A DNA stretch of 64,000 nucleotides from Balanoglossus misakiensis (taxonomy: Eukaryota; Animalia; Hemichordata). The stretch spans positions 9,565,309-9,629,308 of the forward strand of contig CM082591.2 in NCBI GenBank assembly GCA_040954595.2, in the 5' to 3' direction. Under the pieces are notes generated by a model. It searched no databases. It worked only from the letters and a program-made list of their open reading frames with translations, and was not told the origin of the DNA. Shown in pieces: positions 48,804 through 61,900 of the stretch. Within the stretch, counting starts at the first letter, position 1. Every line of letters starts with the position of its first letter. The translations under genes were made by a program, and so were the position numbers.

Positions 48804-51800
48804 TATGTCTGTTTGTTTGTATGGATGTATGTCTGTATGTCCGTCCACATCAAAAACTTGAAAACCGTTGTGCGTATCACCTCGATATTTGGTGTGCAGA
48901 TGCAGGCTGGGCTGTAGATTGGAGTTTGTTAACATGAAGTTGTCATTACCAAATATATGCAAATTAGCTGGAAAAATGTGAAATTGGTCAAAACTCGCAA
49001 AACTCAACAACTGCTGGTCAGATTGATTTGGAAATTGGTATGCAAGTACCTTATGTCTACCTCATACAGTCCTGTATGTTTTGAGCTAATTTTGATTTTC
49101 TATTTTTGATGCATTTGTTTGTATTTTTCAACATTATTGGTAAAAAATCTTCATCTGAATCTAAAATTACCGTCGAATCATCCAGTGTGAGTTAGCACTG
49201 TAATTAGCAAAAGTTATAAATCCACAGTTACCCAGCAAATTTGATATAATGCTTCACATAGGTATTGGTTTTGAACATCCTTCAGAAAGGGTATGAATAT
49301 TTTAAAATTTTTACTGTTGCAACCCAGACTAGTTTATTTCTGAATAAACAGAGAAATGACAACCGGATAGATTATTCTTCTGTACTAAAGACATATGCAG
49401 ACACAAGAAATAGTCTGAACATTATCAGTACATTACTAAAACAGTGTAGGTACATTGTACTATAAACTGAGGAAGATTAGTGACTATTGTTTGCCAAAAA
49501 TTGTCCCAAGTCAGTTCTCAAGCATATCAGAATAGTAGCTTTGAGTAGCAAAGTGTGATGATTTAAAATGTAAAAAGACAACACCAATCTCTAGCTCTGC
49601 TCTCAGCACTGCAAAAGTTATCAGACAGGTAGATAGATGTTCAGTCATCCTATGTCTGTCAACACTTTTCTTTTCTGAAATCACTGGTGCAAGTGCTTTC
49701 AAATTTGGTGTGCAGGTTTCTTGGGGTAGTGAAGTACTGCGTGTTCAAATTGTGTTGAATTCTGCATATTTGTAGTTTGGAACAAATTTTTGCTGTTTTT
49801 GGAAGAAAAAAGCTAAGCTCGAAGATTACTTTGACTTTGCAGGTTTCTAGGTATGACACAAGTTGTTTCTTCAAAATATGGTGAAATTTGCATATTTGGG
49901 GGGGAAATTTTCTCTGAAATTTAGTATGGATCTCCCTGAGGTATGTGACATAATCTGTAATTTTGTATTTTGGAGACAGTTGCCTTTTTATACAAACAAA
50001 AAATCTTGTCAGAATATGCATGTCTGATTGCCATGTCCACAGGGGTGATCTAATTTTATTTACATTATAACCGAATCTGTAAAGTTTTCATAATGATCTT
50101 TAAAATAGGTACGTCTAATTGATTTGATGATTGGTATGAATTGTCCCTTGGTGATCATAGTCAATGCTTTTGAAATTCTGCTGAATATTGCATTATTATT
50201 TTGTCCGAGTCTGAATAGTAGTCATCTTCTCTGAAACCCCTTGACCTAAGTCAGGTGTCAAATAGTACAATTTGCAGATTTGTTGCATTGGAGATATTGT
50301 TGCAGTTTTTGAAATTCAAGATGGCTGCCAATGTCTGTGTTAACTCTATGGAAAAACATTTATGTAAATACTTTTCTGAAAACAAGGTGGTGAACATCAC
50401 ATTTTTGTTTACAAACAGTAATAGAAATAGCTATCATTGTTTCTTAAAATCTTAACTTGTAGGATTCTTTTTCAATCTCTGGCATCTGCAGAGACAATTA
50501 AACAACTCTATAAAAAGTCTTATTGCTTAGTACTGACACGAGGTGGTAAAAAGATGTGCAGCTTTTGACTTCTTACAGGCTTACACTTTGTTAGTAATAT
50601 GAGTCCCTATTGGTATTGTGCTGGGTTTTTAGGAGCTTGGGCCCCATTCCCTGGATATTTTGTACACCTTGCTCTGAAAACCTGCCACACCTATGCTTCT
50701 TGAATTTGTCACAGTTGTCCTTGCCAATGAGTGTGCACCTTGAAATTCAAATCAGTCATTTGACCTGGCAGCCATATTCAATTGAAATTTTTAAATTAAT
50801 GCAAATTAGCTGGGAAAATTTGAAATTGGTCAAAACTCAGAAACTCGACAACCACTGGTCAGATTGATTTGACAATTGGTATGCAAGTACCTTATGTCAA
50901 CCACATACAGTCCTGTATTTTGAATAGTTTGAAAGTTCTATTTTTAAGCATTTTTTGCCTTTTTCTTCATTTTTGGTAAAAAATCTACTTTTCTAGAATT
51001 GATGAGACGACTTCTTTGAAATTTAGTATGAAGCTTCATATATGTGATATGAGTTACCATACTTTTGTTAAAATGTAGGAAATTTGCATATTCATAATTT
51101 TGGAGCAATTTCGGCCTTTTTTGATTTTTTTTTTCTAAAACCGCTTGTTACATTGCTTTGAAATTTATTAGTCATATTAGGGGTAGCCCAAGTAAAATTT
51201 GCATGTATGTTTTTCAAATCAACTTGATGAGTTGAATAGTATATTTTTGGGATGATTTTTGCCATTTTTGGTCAAAACTCTTCTCAGAACCCCCCACAGT
51301 ACGTGAAATATCCCATGAAGCATTCTGATTTGTACAACCAGAGATTACTCGGTCAAACCAGGCAAAGTTCACATGTGTAGAGAAAATTGTAGACCACTAA
51401 TACAAATTTTGAGAGCATGCTTTAAAGGCGAATCTTATTGTCAATTACCATTTCAAATGATAAACAAAATCATGCATTATTGAAAGAGGAGATACAAATT
51501 TTATAAAATAAGCAATTGCATAGCCAGCCGATACAAAAAAGTTTGAAGTAAAACAGGGACACTTGAAACACTTGTTTAATCAAACAAAAAGATATTGATT
51601 TTTTTCTATTGACAGAACAATGGAAATTTACATGTTAACTTTCAACAGAGACTGGCCACCTCAGTTAGTCATTGCTTCTTTCCTCTTAAGTGTGACATTT
51701 GACGTACATGAATGAATACTTAGATTTCTATGGCTTTTAAATTTTTATTTTGAAATTTTCACTCTAATTCCTCAACATAATTTTTCTAAATAAATCTTAA

Positions 51801-52383
51801 TACAGTTATATGTACTTCATATCATTCTTAGTATCTAAAACAGAAAGTAATTAAATGGACAATCTCGATGATACAAATCATGGAGAATTGTGGGTAAAAT
51901 ATCGTACTGTTCCCCCTCTACCCCCACTGCTTTAAAATTTGATTTAAAGGGTTCAGGGTTTGTTCTCATGATAATTTACAGATTGATTTGACAATTGGTA
52001 TGTAAGTACCTTATGTCAACCACATACAATCCTGTATTTTTTGAACTAATAGTTTGAATGTTCTATTTTATGCATTTTTTGCCTTTTTCCTCATTTGTGG
52101 TAACAAATCTACTTTTCTAGAATTGATGAGTCAACTTCTTTGAAATTTTAGTATGAAGCTTCATATAGGTGATATGAGTTACAAGACTTTTGTTGAAATG
52201 TTGCAAAATTTGCATATTGATAATTTTGGAGCAATTTCAGCCTTGTTTAATTAATTTTTTTTCTCTAAAACCGCTTGTTCCATTGCTTTAAAATTTGTTA
52301 GTCATGTTAGGGGTAGCTCAAGTAAGATTTGCATGTATGTTTTTCAAATCAACTTGATGAATTGAATAGTATATTTTTGAGGG

Positions 52384-52636
52384 ATCAAATCAAATCAAAT
52401 CAAAACAAACATTTATAAAGCGCCAGAATCAATAACAATGTTATTTCCAAAGGCGCTGAAAGTATAACATCAGTGTTCGTAGGCTTTGACAAATAGAAAT
52501 GTCTTGAGTTTTTGTTTGAAAATGTTGAGACTAGAAGCCTGTTGAATGTCAGATGGCAGAGAATTGTTTTGGGTCTGTACTTTGGTACACACAACTGGTT
52601 CCTTGAGCTGGAGCGCAGAGCCCGACTAGGCTTATA
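52384..52636 (-). mobile_element. 3' end of an L2-clade LINE
   Basis: YKPSRALRSSSRNQLCVPKYRPKT, then NSLPSDIQQASSLNIFKQKLKTFLFVKAY in another frame; (ATTTG)n tail. Confidence 0.8.
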
Positions 52637-53417
52637 TGATTTTCGATTTGATTTGGTTTCAGGGTGTTTTCTCATGATGATTTACAAAACCTATGACTGT
52701 TTACTTTGAAATTTGAGTAGGAAGTTAATTGGATGTGTTTGTTTAGATAATGGAATCAAATAAAGTTATTCATTATTCACCTTCATTCTTCACCTCATTT
52801 CATTTATTGGCTGGTTTGTCTATTGTATCAGGGCAGAGTACTTGCCATCCCACCCCACCGATACAAACTTTGAGTGGCAAAAGAAAAATTTGTCGTAACA
52901 TTGAGTTAATTTGCTTTTGGGCTCACTAAAATGCAACTTTGAGCTCTGTATTTGTACAAAATTTTCATTAATTGGCTGGTTTGTCTATTGTACCAGGCCA
53001 GCATACATAAGATCAAGATGTTTTCGGGGCTGGGGGCATCATATTTTATTGCCTCTCTATGTGTGTGTCTGTCTGTCTGTACTCCTGTGTAGACATTTTC
53101 TAGTGTAATCACTAAATGAGACCACAGTGACCTTGACGCTATTTTTTGCGATTTTCAATGACCCCAGGGTAACCTTTGACCAGCTGTCATATATCTTGGT
53201 ATTCACAGCAGAATACAGCCTTGGCATACCCTGGTAACCATGGGAACCGTTTGGGCCCCACCAATGGTGCTGGCAGCGTTAATTTTTAAATGATTTCTTC
53301 TTATCGTTTTCTTTATCAATGATGATGACTTGATCTAATCAGATTATAAAAATAATTTCATTCTTTTTTTACATTAGGTTCTTTGGTAACACTGCTGCTG
53401 GAGGGAGTGTAAAATTG

Positions 53418-54026
53418 GTAACGACGCCGCCACCTAATACTGTACTGGATAGATGAATTTAATACTTGTAACGACGCCGCCACCTAATACTGTACTGGAT
53501 AGATGAATTTAATACTTGTAACGACGCCGCCACCTAATACTGTACTGGAGGGATGACCTTAATACTTGTAACGACGCCGCCATCTAATACTGTACTGGAG
53601 GGAGGAACTTAATACTTGTAACGACGCCGCCACCTAATACTGTACTGGAGGGAGGAACTTAATACTTGTAACGACGCCGCCACCTAATACTGTACTGGAG
53701 GGAGGAACTTAAACTTGTAACGACGCCGCCACCTAATACTGTACCGGAGGGAGGAACTTAATACTTGTAACAACGCCGCCATCTAATACTGTACTGAAGG
53801 GAGGAACTTAAACTTGTAACGACGCCGCCACCTAATACTGTACTGGAGGGATGAACTTAATACTTGTAACGACGCCACCACCTAATACTGTACTGGAGGG
53901 ATGAACTTAATACTTGTAACGACGCCGCCACCTAATACTGTACTGGAGGGATGAACTTAAACTTGTAACGACGCCGCCACCTAATACTGTACTGGAGGGA
54001 TGAACTTAATACTTGTAACGACGCCA
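53418..54026. repeat. 50-bp minisatellite, about 12 copies
   Basis: Unit gtaacgacgccgccacctaatactgtactggagggatgaacttaatactt at 53418, 53468, 53518 and so on; some units are 49 bp. Confidence 0.95.
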
Positions 54027-54210
54027 GATGATGCTTCTGTGACCAGAGGGATGAACGACGCCATGATTTGTTGATCTGATCTAATTAATAATATTCATCC
54101 TTTTTTTTCAATAGGTTCATTGGTATTATCATCGCCGGAGGGAGTCTAATCAATATCTACAACAACGCCGCACCAGATAACATTATCAAAACCAGAGGGA
54201 TGCAGTCAAT

Positions 54211-54387
54211 AGGTTAGGCTAATAAAAATGGTTTAATCTGAGGGAATGGTAATAGGTTGGTGTATGAATATGTTAGGGTAATAAAAAATGGTATAATCTA
54301 ACAGAATGGTGAAGGGTTGGTGTATGAATAGGTTAGGCTAATAAAAATGGTATAATCTAATGGAATGGTGAAGGGTTGGTGTATGAT
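54211..54387. repeat. Tandem repeat of about 59 bp, 3 copies
   Basis: gttaggctaataaaaatggtataatct...gaatggtgaagggttggtgtatgaata. Confidence 0.8.
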
Positions 54388-54806
54388 GACTAATAAAACA
54401 GTGTGCACAAGGGTACTATAACAAAACTGTCTGCAAGGGTATAATATTATGGTTTCAAGGGTATGATAAGTAATTAAAATACTATAAAATCATGAGTAAT
54501 GCCACGTGGTAAATAAAAACTGTACATGTACAGAGGGTAAATACCGGTATAATATATAAGGGTGTAAACATCAATGGTGTAATAATAAAAAATGGGTAAC
54601 ACAAGCTTTTGGTGGTATAATAATAATAAAATGGTATTAACTTGATGGTATAAACATTATGGGATGTGTATAAATGGTGTTAATATTACAAAGGTATGAT
54701 GATTAGTTGGGGTGTAATAATAAGAAACTTAAAATCATTGGGTAATTTATTAGGGTCAGGTTGGGTATAATAATTGTTGCTATGCATTCGTGTAATAATT
54801 GTCTGC

Positions 54807-55003
54807 GGATTTTTTGCAGCATTACCCGCGTTCGCGTTCTTCATTGCAGGTCGCTCGTCGTGTAATGGAATTTCGCCGTGTGCCCGTTTGATTCGCCGAT
54901 GGATTTTTTACAACGTTACCCGCGTTCGCGTTCTTCATCGCAGTTCGCTCGTCGTGTAATGGAATTTCGCTGTGTGCCCGGTTGATTCGCCGATGGATTT
55001 TTT
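54807..55003. repeat. 94-bp CpG-rich tandem duplication
   Basis: ttacccgcgttcgcgttcttcat... at 54822 and 54916. Confidence 0.88.
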
Positions 55004-55437
55004 GCTTTCGTCATCGTAATTCCCGCATCAACACGAATCCTCAATCTCACGCAACAACAATACATCAAAATGTACACAGAAAAATAGGAGTCGGCAAGAC
55101 AATTCTGGTTAGTTTGAGCCCCAACCTTTTAAAATTCACAACGGGGGAGGGGGCAGTTTTTCCTCATTTTATATTTGGCTCGAGGTTTTTAACTGTCCCC
55201 AGGCGCGTAAAGTTAGTTAGTTTATCACACAGAATGTAATTATCTTGCTTGATTTAAAAAAACACTAAAATTGTATGGGGGAGCTTCTTGCGATTTGCAC
55301 TTAAGAAACTGATGGTTTTTACCCATAGATAATATTTAGTATTAAGCACATAATTGCCTGGAAATAAAAATTAACTCAAGGGTAGAATGCAACAGTTAAT
55401 TTTGTGCAATATCAACAGGAGCTATTTTGGCACATTT

Positions 55438-55538
55438 TTTCAGTTTGATAAACACTGTTTTTGCTCATTGTTTCATTTCGACCACATTATTTCAGTTTGA
55501 TAAACACTGTTTTTGCTCATTGTTTCATTTCGACCACT
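55438..55538. repeat. Tandem duplication of about 53 bp
   Basis: tttcagtttgataaacactgtttttgctcattgtttcatttcgaccac occurs twice. Confidence 0.88.
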
Positions 55539-55949
55539 TTTGTCACCTTGTTTCAAATTGAATGCAAGCATTGTCTTGTTTGACCACTATACTTGGGGTA
55601 ATTGTTCCAAATTGGTATGCAAGATATTTTACATCAGCAGTTAGCCATCTAGCCACACTTTAGCTGCACAGCATATGAAAAATAATGAAATTCATGCAAA
55701 AAGCAAAAAAGTATTATGGGTATAATGCCATTGCAGCATTGGCGGTTCGACTCCGTCGATACTTACTTTGAAGCATAAGTCTTCATTATTTTTCATATGT
55801 AATAAATAAAACTGTTCCAAATTCATATCTTTGTTTTCAGTTAGTGCTTTTGCTTCAGTTAGGGGGCCCACACTTACACAAACCTGTCATGCCATCTTTT
55901 CACATTTCTTCAAATATGCAGTGCCAGCAGTAGGCAGTATTTGATCAAA

Positions 55950-58900
55950 TTGACCCACAAATCACTCAAAATTAATAGGCAGGATACTGTCCACTCTGGC
56001 CTGGTTACTGTCTGGCCAGGTTAATGTTGACGCAAAGGTTGACCCCACCAAACACTCAAAATTAATGGGCACGACACTGGCCACTCTGGCCTGGTTAATC
56101 AATGCTGACGCAAAGGTTGACCCTACCAAACACTCAAAATTAATGGGCACGACACTGGCCACTAGCTCTGGCCTGGTTAATCCATGCTGACGCAAAGGTT
56201 GACCCCACCAAACACTCAAAATTAATGGGCACGACACTGGCCACTAGCTCTGGCCTGGTTAATCCATGCTGACGCAAAGGTTGACCCCACCAAACACTCA
56301 AAATTAATGGGCACGACACTGGCCACTAGCTCTGGCCTGGTTAATCAATGCTGACGCAAAGGTTGACCCCACCAAACACTCAAAATTAATGGGCACGACA
56401 CTGGCCACTAGCTCTGGCCTGGTTAATCAATGCTGACGCAAAGGTTGACCCCACCAAACACTCAAAATTAATGGGCACGACACTGGCCACTAGCTCTGCA
56501 TGGCCTGGTTAATCAATGTTGACGCAAAGGTTGACCCCACCAAACACTCAAAATTAATGGGCACGACACTGGCCACTAGCTCTGCATGGCCTGGTTAATC
56601 AATGTTGACGCAAAGGTTGACCCCACCAAACACTCAAAATTAATGGGCACGACACTGGCCACTAGCTCTGCATGGCCTGGTTAATCAATGTTGACGCAAA
56701 GGTTGACCCCACCAAACACTCCAAATTAATGGGCACGACACTGGCCACTAGCTCTGCATGGCCTGGTTAATCAATGTTGACGCAAAGGTTGACCCCACCA
56801 AACACTCAAAATTGTTGGGCACGACACTGGCCACTAGCTCTGCATGGCCTGGTTAATCAATGTTGACGCAAAGGTTGACCCCACCAAACACTCAAAATTA
56901 AATGGCGCGACACTGGCCACTAGCTCTGCATGGCCTGGTTAATCAATGTTGACGCAAAGGTTGACCCCACCAAACACTCAAAATTAATGGGCGCGACACT
57001 GGCCACTAGCTCTGCATGGACTGGTTAATAAATGTTGACGCAAAGGTTGACCCCACCAAACACTCAAAATTGATTGGCACGACACTGGCCACTAGCTCTG
57101 CATGGCCTGGTTAATCAATGTTGACGCAAAGGTTGACCCCACCAAACACTCAAAATTAATGGGCGCGACACTGGCCACTAGCTCTGCATGGACTGGTTAA
57201 TCAATGTTGACGCAAAGGTTGACCCCACCAAACACTCAAAATTGATTGGCACGACACTGGCCACTAGCTCTGCATGGCCTGGTTAATCAATGTTGACGCA
57301 AAGGTTGACCCCACCAAACACTCAAAATTGATGGGCACGACACTGGCCACTAGCTCTGCATGGCCTGGTTAATCAATGTTGACGCAAAGGTTGACCCCAC
57401 CAAACACTCAAAATTGTTGGGCACGACACTGGCCACTAGCTCTGCATGGCCTGGTTAATCAATGTTGACGCAAAGGTTGACCCCACCAAACACTCAAAAT
57501 TGATGGGCACGACACTGGCCACTAGCTCTGCATGGCCTGGTTAATCAATGTTGACGCAAAGGTTGACCCCACCAAACACTCAAAAATGATAGGCACGACA
57601 CTGGCCACTAGCTCTGCATGGCCTGGTTAATCAATGTTGACGCAAAGGTTGACCCCACCAAAAACTCAAAATTGATGGGCACGACACTGGCCACTAGCTC
57701 TGCATGGCCTGGTTAATCAATGTTGACGCAAAGGTTGACCCCACCAAACACTCAAAATTAATGGGCACGACACTGGCCACTAGCTCTGCATGGCCTGGTT
57801 AATCAATGTTGACGCAAAGGTTGACCCCACCAAACACTCAAAATTGATGGGCACGACACTGGCCACTAGCTCTGCATGGCCTGGTTAATCAATGTTGACG
57901 CAAAGGTTGACCCCACCAAAAACTCAAAATTGATGGGCACGACACTGGCCACTAGCTCTGCATGGCCTTGTTAATCAATGTTGACGCAAAGGTTGACCCC
58001 ACCAAACACTCAAAATTAATGGGCACGACACTGGCCACTAGCTCTGCATGGCCTGGTTAATCAATGTTGACGCAAAGGTTGACCCCACCAAACACTCAAA
58101 ATTGATGGGCACGACACTGGCCACTAGCTCTGCATGGCCTGGTTAATCAATGTTGACGCAAAGGTTGACCCCACCAAACACTCAAAATTGATGGGCACGA
58201 CACTGGCCACTAGCTCTGCATGGCCTGGTTAATCAATGTTGATGCAAAGGTTGACCCCACCAAACACTCAAAATTGATGGGCACGACACTGGCCACTAGC
58301 TCTGCATGGCCTGGCTAATCAATGTTGACGCAAAGGTTGACCCCACCAAACACTCAAAAATTGATGGGCACGACACTGGCCACTAGCTCTGCATGGCCTG
58401 GCTAATCAAGGTTGACGCAAAGGTTGACCCCACCAAACACTCAAAATTGATGGGCACGACACTGGCCACTAGCTCTGCATGGCCTGGCTAATCAAGGTTG
58501 ACGCAAAGGTTGACCCTACCAAACACTCAAAATTAATGGGCACGACACTGGCCACTAGCTCTGCCCTGGTTAATCAATGCTGACGCAAAGGTTGACCCCA
58601 CCAAACACTCAAAATTAATGGGCACGACACTGGCCACTAGCTCTGCATGGCCTGGTTAATCAATGCTGACGCAAAGGTTGACCCCACCAAACACTCAAAA
58701 TTAATGGGCACGACACTGGCCACTAGCTGTGGCCTGGTTAATCAATGCTGACGCAAAGGTTGACCCCACCAAACACTCAAAATTAATGGGCACGACACTG
58801 GCCACTAGCTCTGGCCTTGTTAATCAATGCTGACGCAAAGGTTGACCCCACCAAACACTCAAAGTTAATGGGCACGACACGGGCCACTAGCTCTGGCCTG

Positions 58901-61900
58901 GCACGACACTGGCCACTAGCTCTGCATGGCCTGGTTAATCAATGTTGACGCAAAGGTTGACCCCACCAAACACTCAAAATTGATGGGCACGACACTGGCC
59001 ACTAGCTCTGTATGGCCTGGTTAATCAATGTTGACGCAAAGGTTGACCCCACCAAACACTCAAAATTGATGGGCACGACACTGGCCACTAGCTCTGGCCT
59101 AGCTAATCAATGTTGACGCAAAGGTTGACCCCACCAAACACTCAAAATTGATGGGCACGACACTGGCCACTAGCTCTGCAAGGCCTGGCTAATCAAGGTT
59201 GACGCAAAGGTTGACCCTACCAAACACTCAAAATTAATGGGCAGGACACTGGCCACTAGCTCTGGCCTGGTTAATCAATGCTGACGCAAAGGTTGACCCC
59301 ACCAAACACTCAAAATTAATGGGCACGACACTGGCCACTAGCTCTGGCCTGGTTAATCAATGCTGACGCAAAGGTTGACCCCACCAAACACTCAAAATTA
59401 ATGGGCACGACACTGGCCACTAGCTCTGGCCTGGTTAATCAATGCTGACGCAAAGGTTGACCCAACCAAACACTCAAAATTAATGGGCACGACACTGGCC
59501 ACTAGCTCTTGCCTGGTTAATCAATGCTGACGCAAAGGTTGACCCCACCAAACACTCAAAATTAATGGGCACGACACTGGCCACTAGCTCTGGCCTGGTT
59601 AATCAATGCTGACGCAAAGGTTGACCCCACCAAACACTCAAAATTAATGGGCACGACACTGGCCACTAGCTCTGGCCTGGTTAATCAATGCTGACGCAAA
59701 GGTTGACCCCACCAAACACTCAAAATTGATTGGCACGACACTGGCCACTAGCTCTGCATGGCCTGGTTAATCAATGTTGACGCAAATGTTGACCCCACCA
59801 AACACTCAAAATTAATGGGCCCGACACTGGCCACTGGCTCTGGCCTGGTTAATCAATGCTGACGCAAAGGTTGACCCCACCAAACACTCAAAATTAATGG
59901 GCACGACACTGGCCACTAGCTCTGGCCTGGTTAATCAATGCTGACGCAAAGGTTGACCCCACCAAACACTCAAAATTAATGGGCACGACACTGGCCACTA
60001 GCTCTGGCCTGGTTAATCAATGCTGATGCAAAGGTTGACCCCACCAAACACTCAAAATTAATGGGCACGACACTGGCCACTAGCTCTGCATGGCCTGGTT
60101 AATCAATGCTGACGCAAAGGTTGACCCCACCAAACACTCAAAATTAATGGGCACGACACTGGCCACTAGCTCTGCATGGCCTGGTTAATCAATGCTGACG
60201 CAAAGGTTGACCCCACCAAACACTCAAAATTAATGGGCACGACACTGGCCACTAGCTCTGCATGGCCTGGTTAATCAATGGTGACGCAAAGGTTGACCCC
60301 ACCAAACACTCAAAATTAATGGGCACGACACTGGCCACTAGCTCTGCATGGCCTGGTTAATCAATGGTGACGCAAAGGTTGACCCCACCAAACACTCAAA
60401 ATTAATGGGCACGACACTGGCCACTAGCTCTGCATGGCCTGGTTAATCAATGTTGACGCAAAGGTTGACCCCACCAAACACTCAAAATTGATGGGCACGA
60501 CACTGGCCACTAGCTCTGCATGGCCTGGTTAATCAATGTTGACGCAAAGGTTGACCCCACCAAACACTCAAAATTAATGGGCACGACACTGGCCACTAGC
60601 TCTGCATGGCCTGGTTGATCAATGTTGACGCAAAGGTTGACCCCACCAAACACTCAAAATTGATGGGCACGACACTGGCCACTAGCTCTGCATGGCCTGG
60701 TTAATCAATGCTGACGCAAAGGTTGACCCCACCAAACACTCAAAATTAATCGGCACGACACTGGCCACTAGCTCTGCATGGCCTGGTTGATCAATGTTGA
60801 CGCAAAGGTTGACCCCACCAAACACTCAAAATTGATGGGCACGACACTGGCCACTAGCTCTGCATGACCTGGTTAATCAATGTTGACGCAAAGGTTGACC
60901 CCACCAAACACTCAAAATTGATGGGCACGACACTGGCCACTAGCTCTGCATGGCCTGGTTAATCAATGTTTACGCAAAGGTTGACTCCACCAAACACTCA
61001 AAATTGATGGGCACGACACCAGAGACTAGCTCTGCATGGCCTGGTTAATCAATGTTGACGCAAAGGTTGACCCCACCAAACACTCAAAATTGATGGGCAC
61101 GACACTGGCCACTAGCTCTGCATGGCCTGGTTAATCAATGTTGACGCAAAGGTTGACTCCACCAAACACTCAAAATTGATGGGCACGACACCAGCCACTA
61201 GCTCTGCATGGCCTGGTTAATCAATGTTGACGCAAAGGTTGACCCCACCAAACACTCAAAATTGATGGGCACGACACTGGCCACTAGCTCTGGCCTAGCT
61301 AATCAATGTTGACGCAAAGGTTGACCCCACCAAACACTCAAAATTGATGGGCACGACACTGGCCACTAGCTCTGCATGGCCTGGCTAATCAAGGTTGACG
61401 CAAAGGTTGACCCCACCAAACACTCAAAATTAATGGGCACGACACTGGCCAATAGCTCTGGCCTGGTTAATCAATGCTGACGCAAAGGTTGACCCCACCA
61501 AACACTCAAAATTAATGGGCACGACACTGGCCACTAGCTCTGGCCTGGTTAATCAATGCTGACGCAAAGGTTGACCCCACCAAACACTCAAAATTAATGG
61601 GCACGACACTGGCCACTAGCTCTGGCCTGGTTAATCAATGCTGACGCAAAGGTTGACCCCACCAAACACTCAAAATTAATGGGCACGACACTGGCCACTA
61701 GCTCTGGCCTGGTTAATCAATGCTGATGCAAAGGTTGACCCCACCAAACACTCAAAATTAATGGGCACGACACTGGCCACTAGCTCTGGCCTGGTTAATC
61801 AATGCTGACGCAAAGGTTGACCCCACCAAACACTCAAAATTAATGGGCACGACACTGGCCACTAGCTCTGCATGGCCTGGTTAATCAATGCTGACGCAAA

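Larger units (their letters stand above)
41415..52780 (+). repeat. Cluster of related ttaggtcccat...atgggacctta elements (HINE-like) and their fragments
   Basis: The hairpin start recurs near 41422, 41943, 46270, 46790 and 48537; a direct repeat of about 400 bp lies at 50860-51255 and 51980-52384. Confidence 0.6.

Noticed and set aside
37872-52700. Numerous ORFs of 60-150 aa
   Set aside because: They lie inside repeat elements, mostly use non-ATG starts and show no domain or splice support.
53418-54026. CRISPR-like regular repeat
   Set aside because: No unique spacers and no cas genes; head-to-tail units in a eukaryotic context.
54026-54082. Possible C/D-box snoRNA (ATGATG...CTGA)
   Set aside because: Imperfect C box, minimal terminal stem, and the sequence derives from the minisatellite unit.
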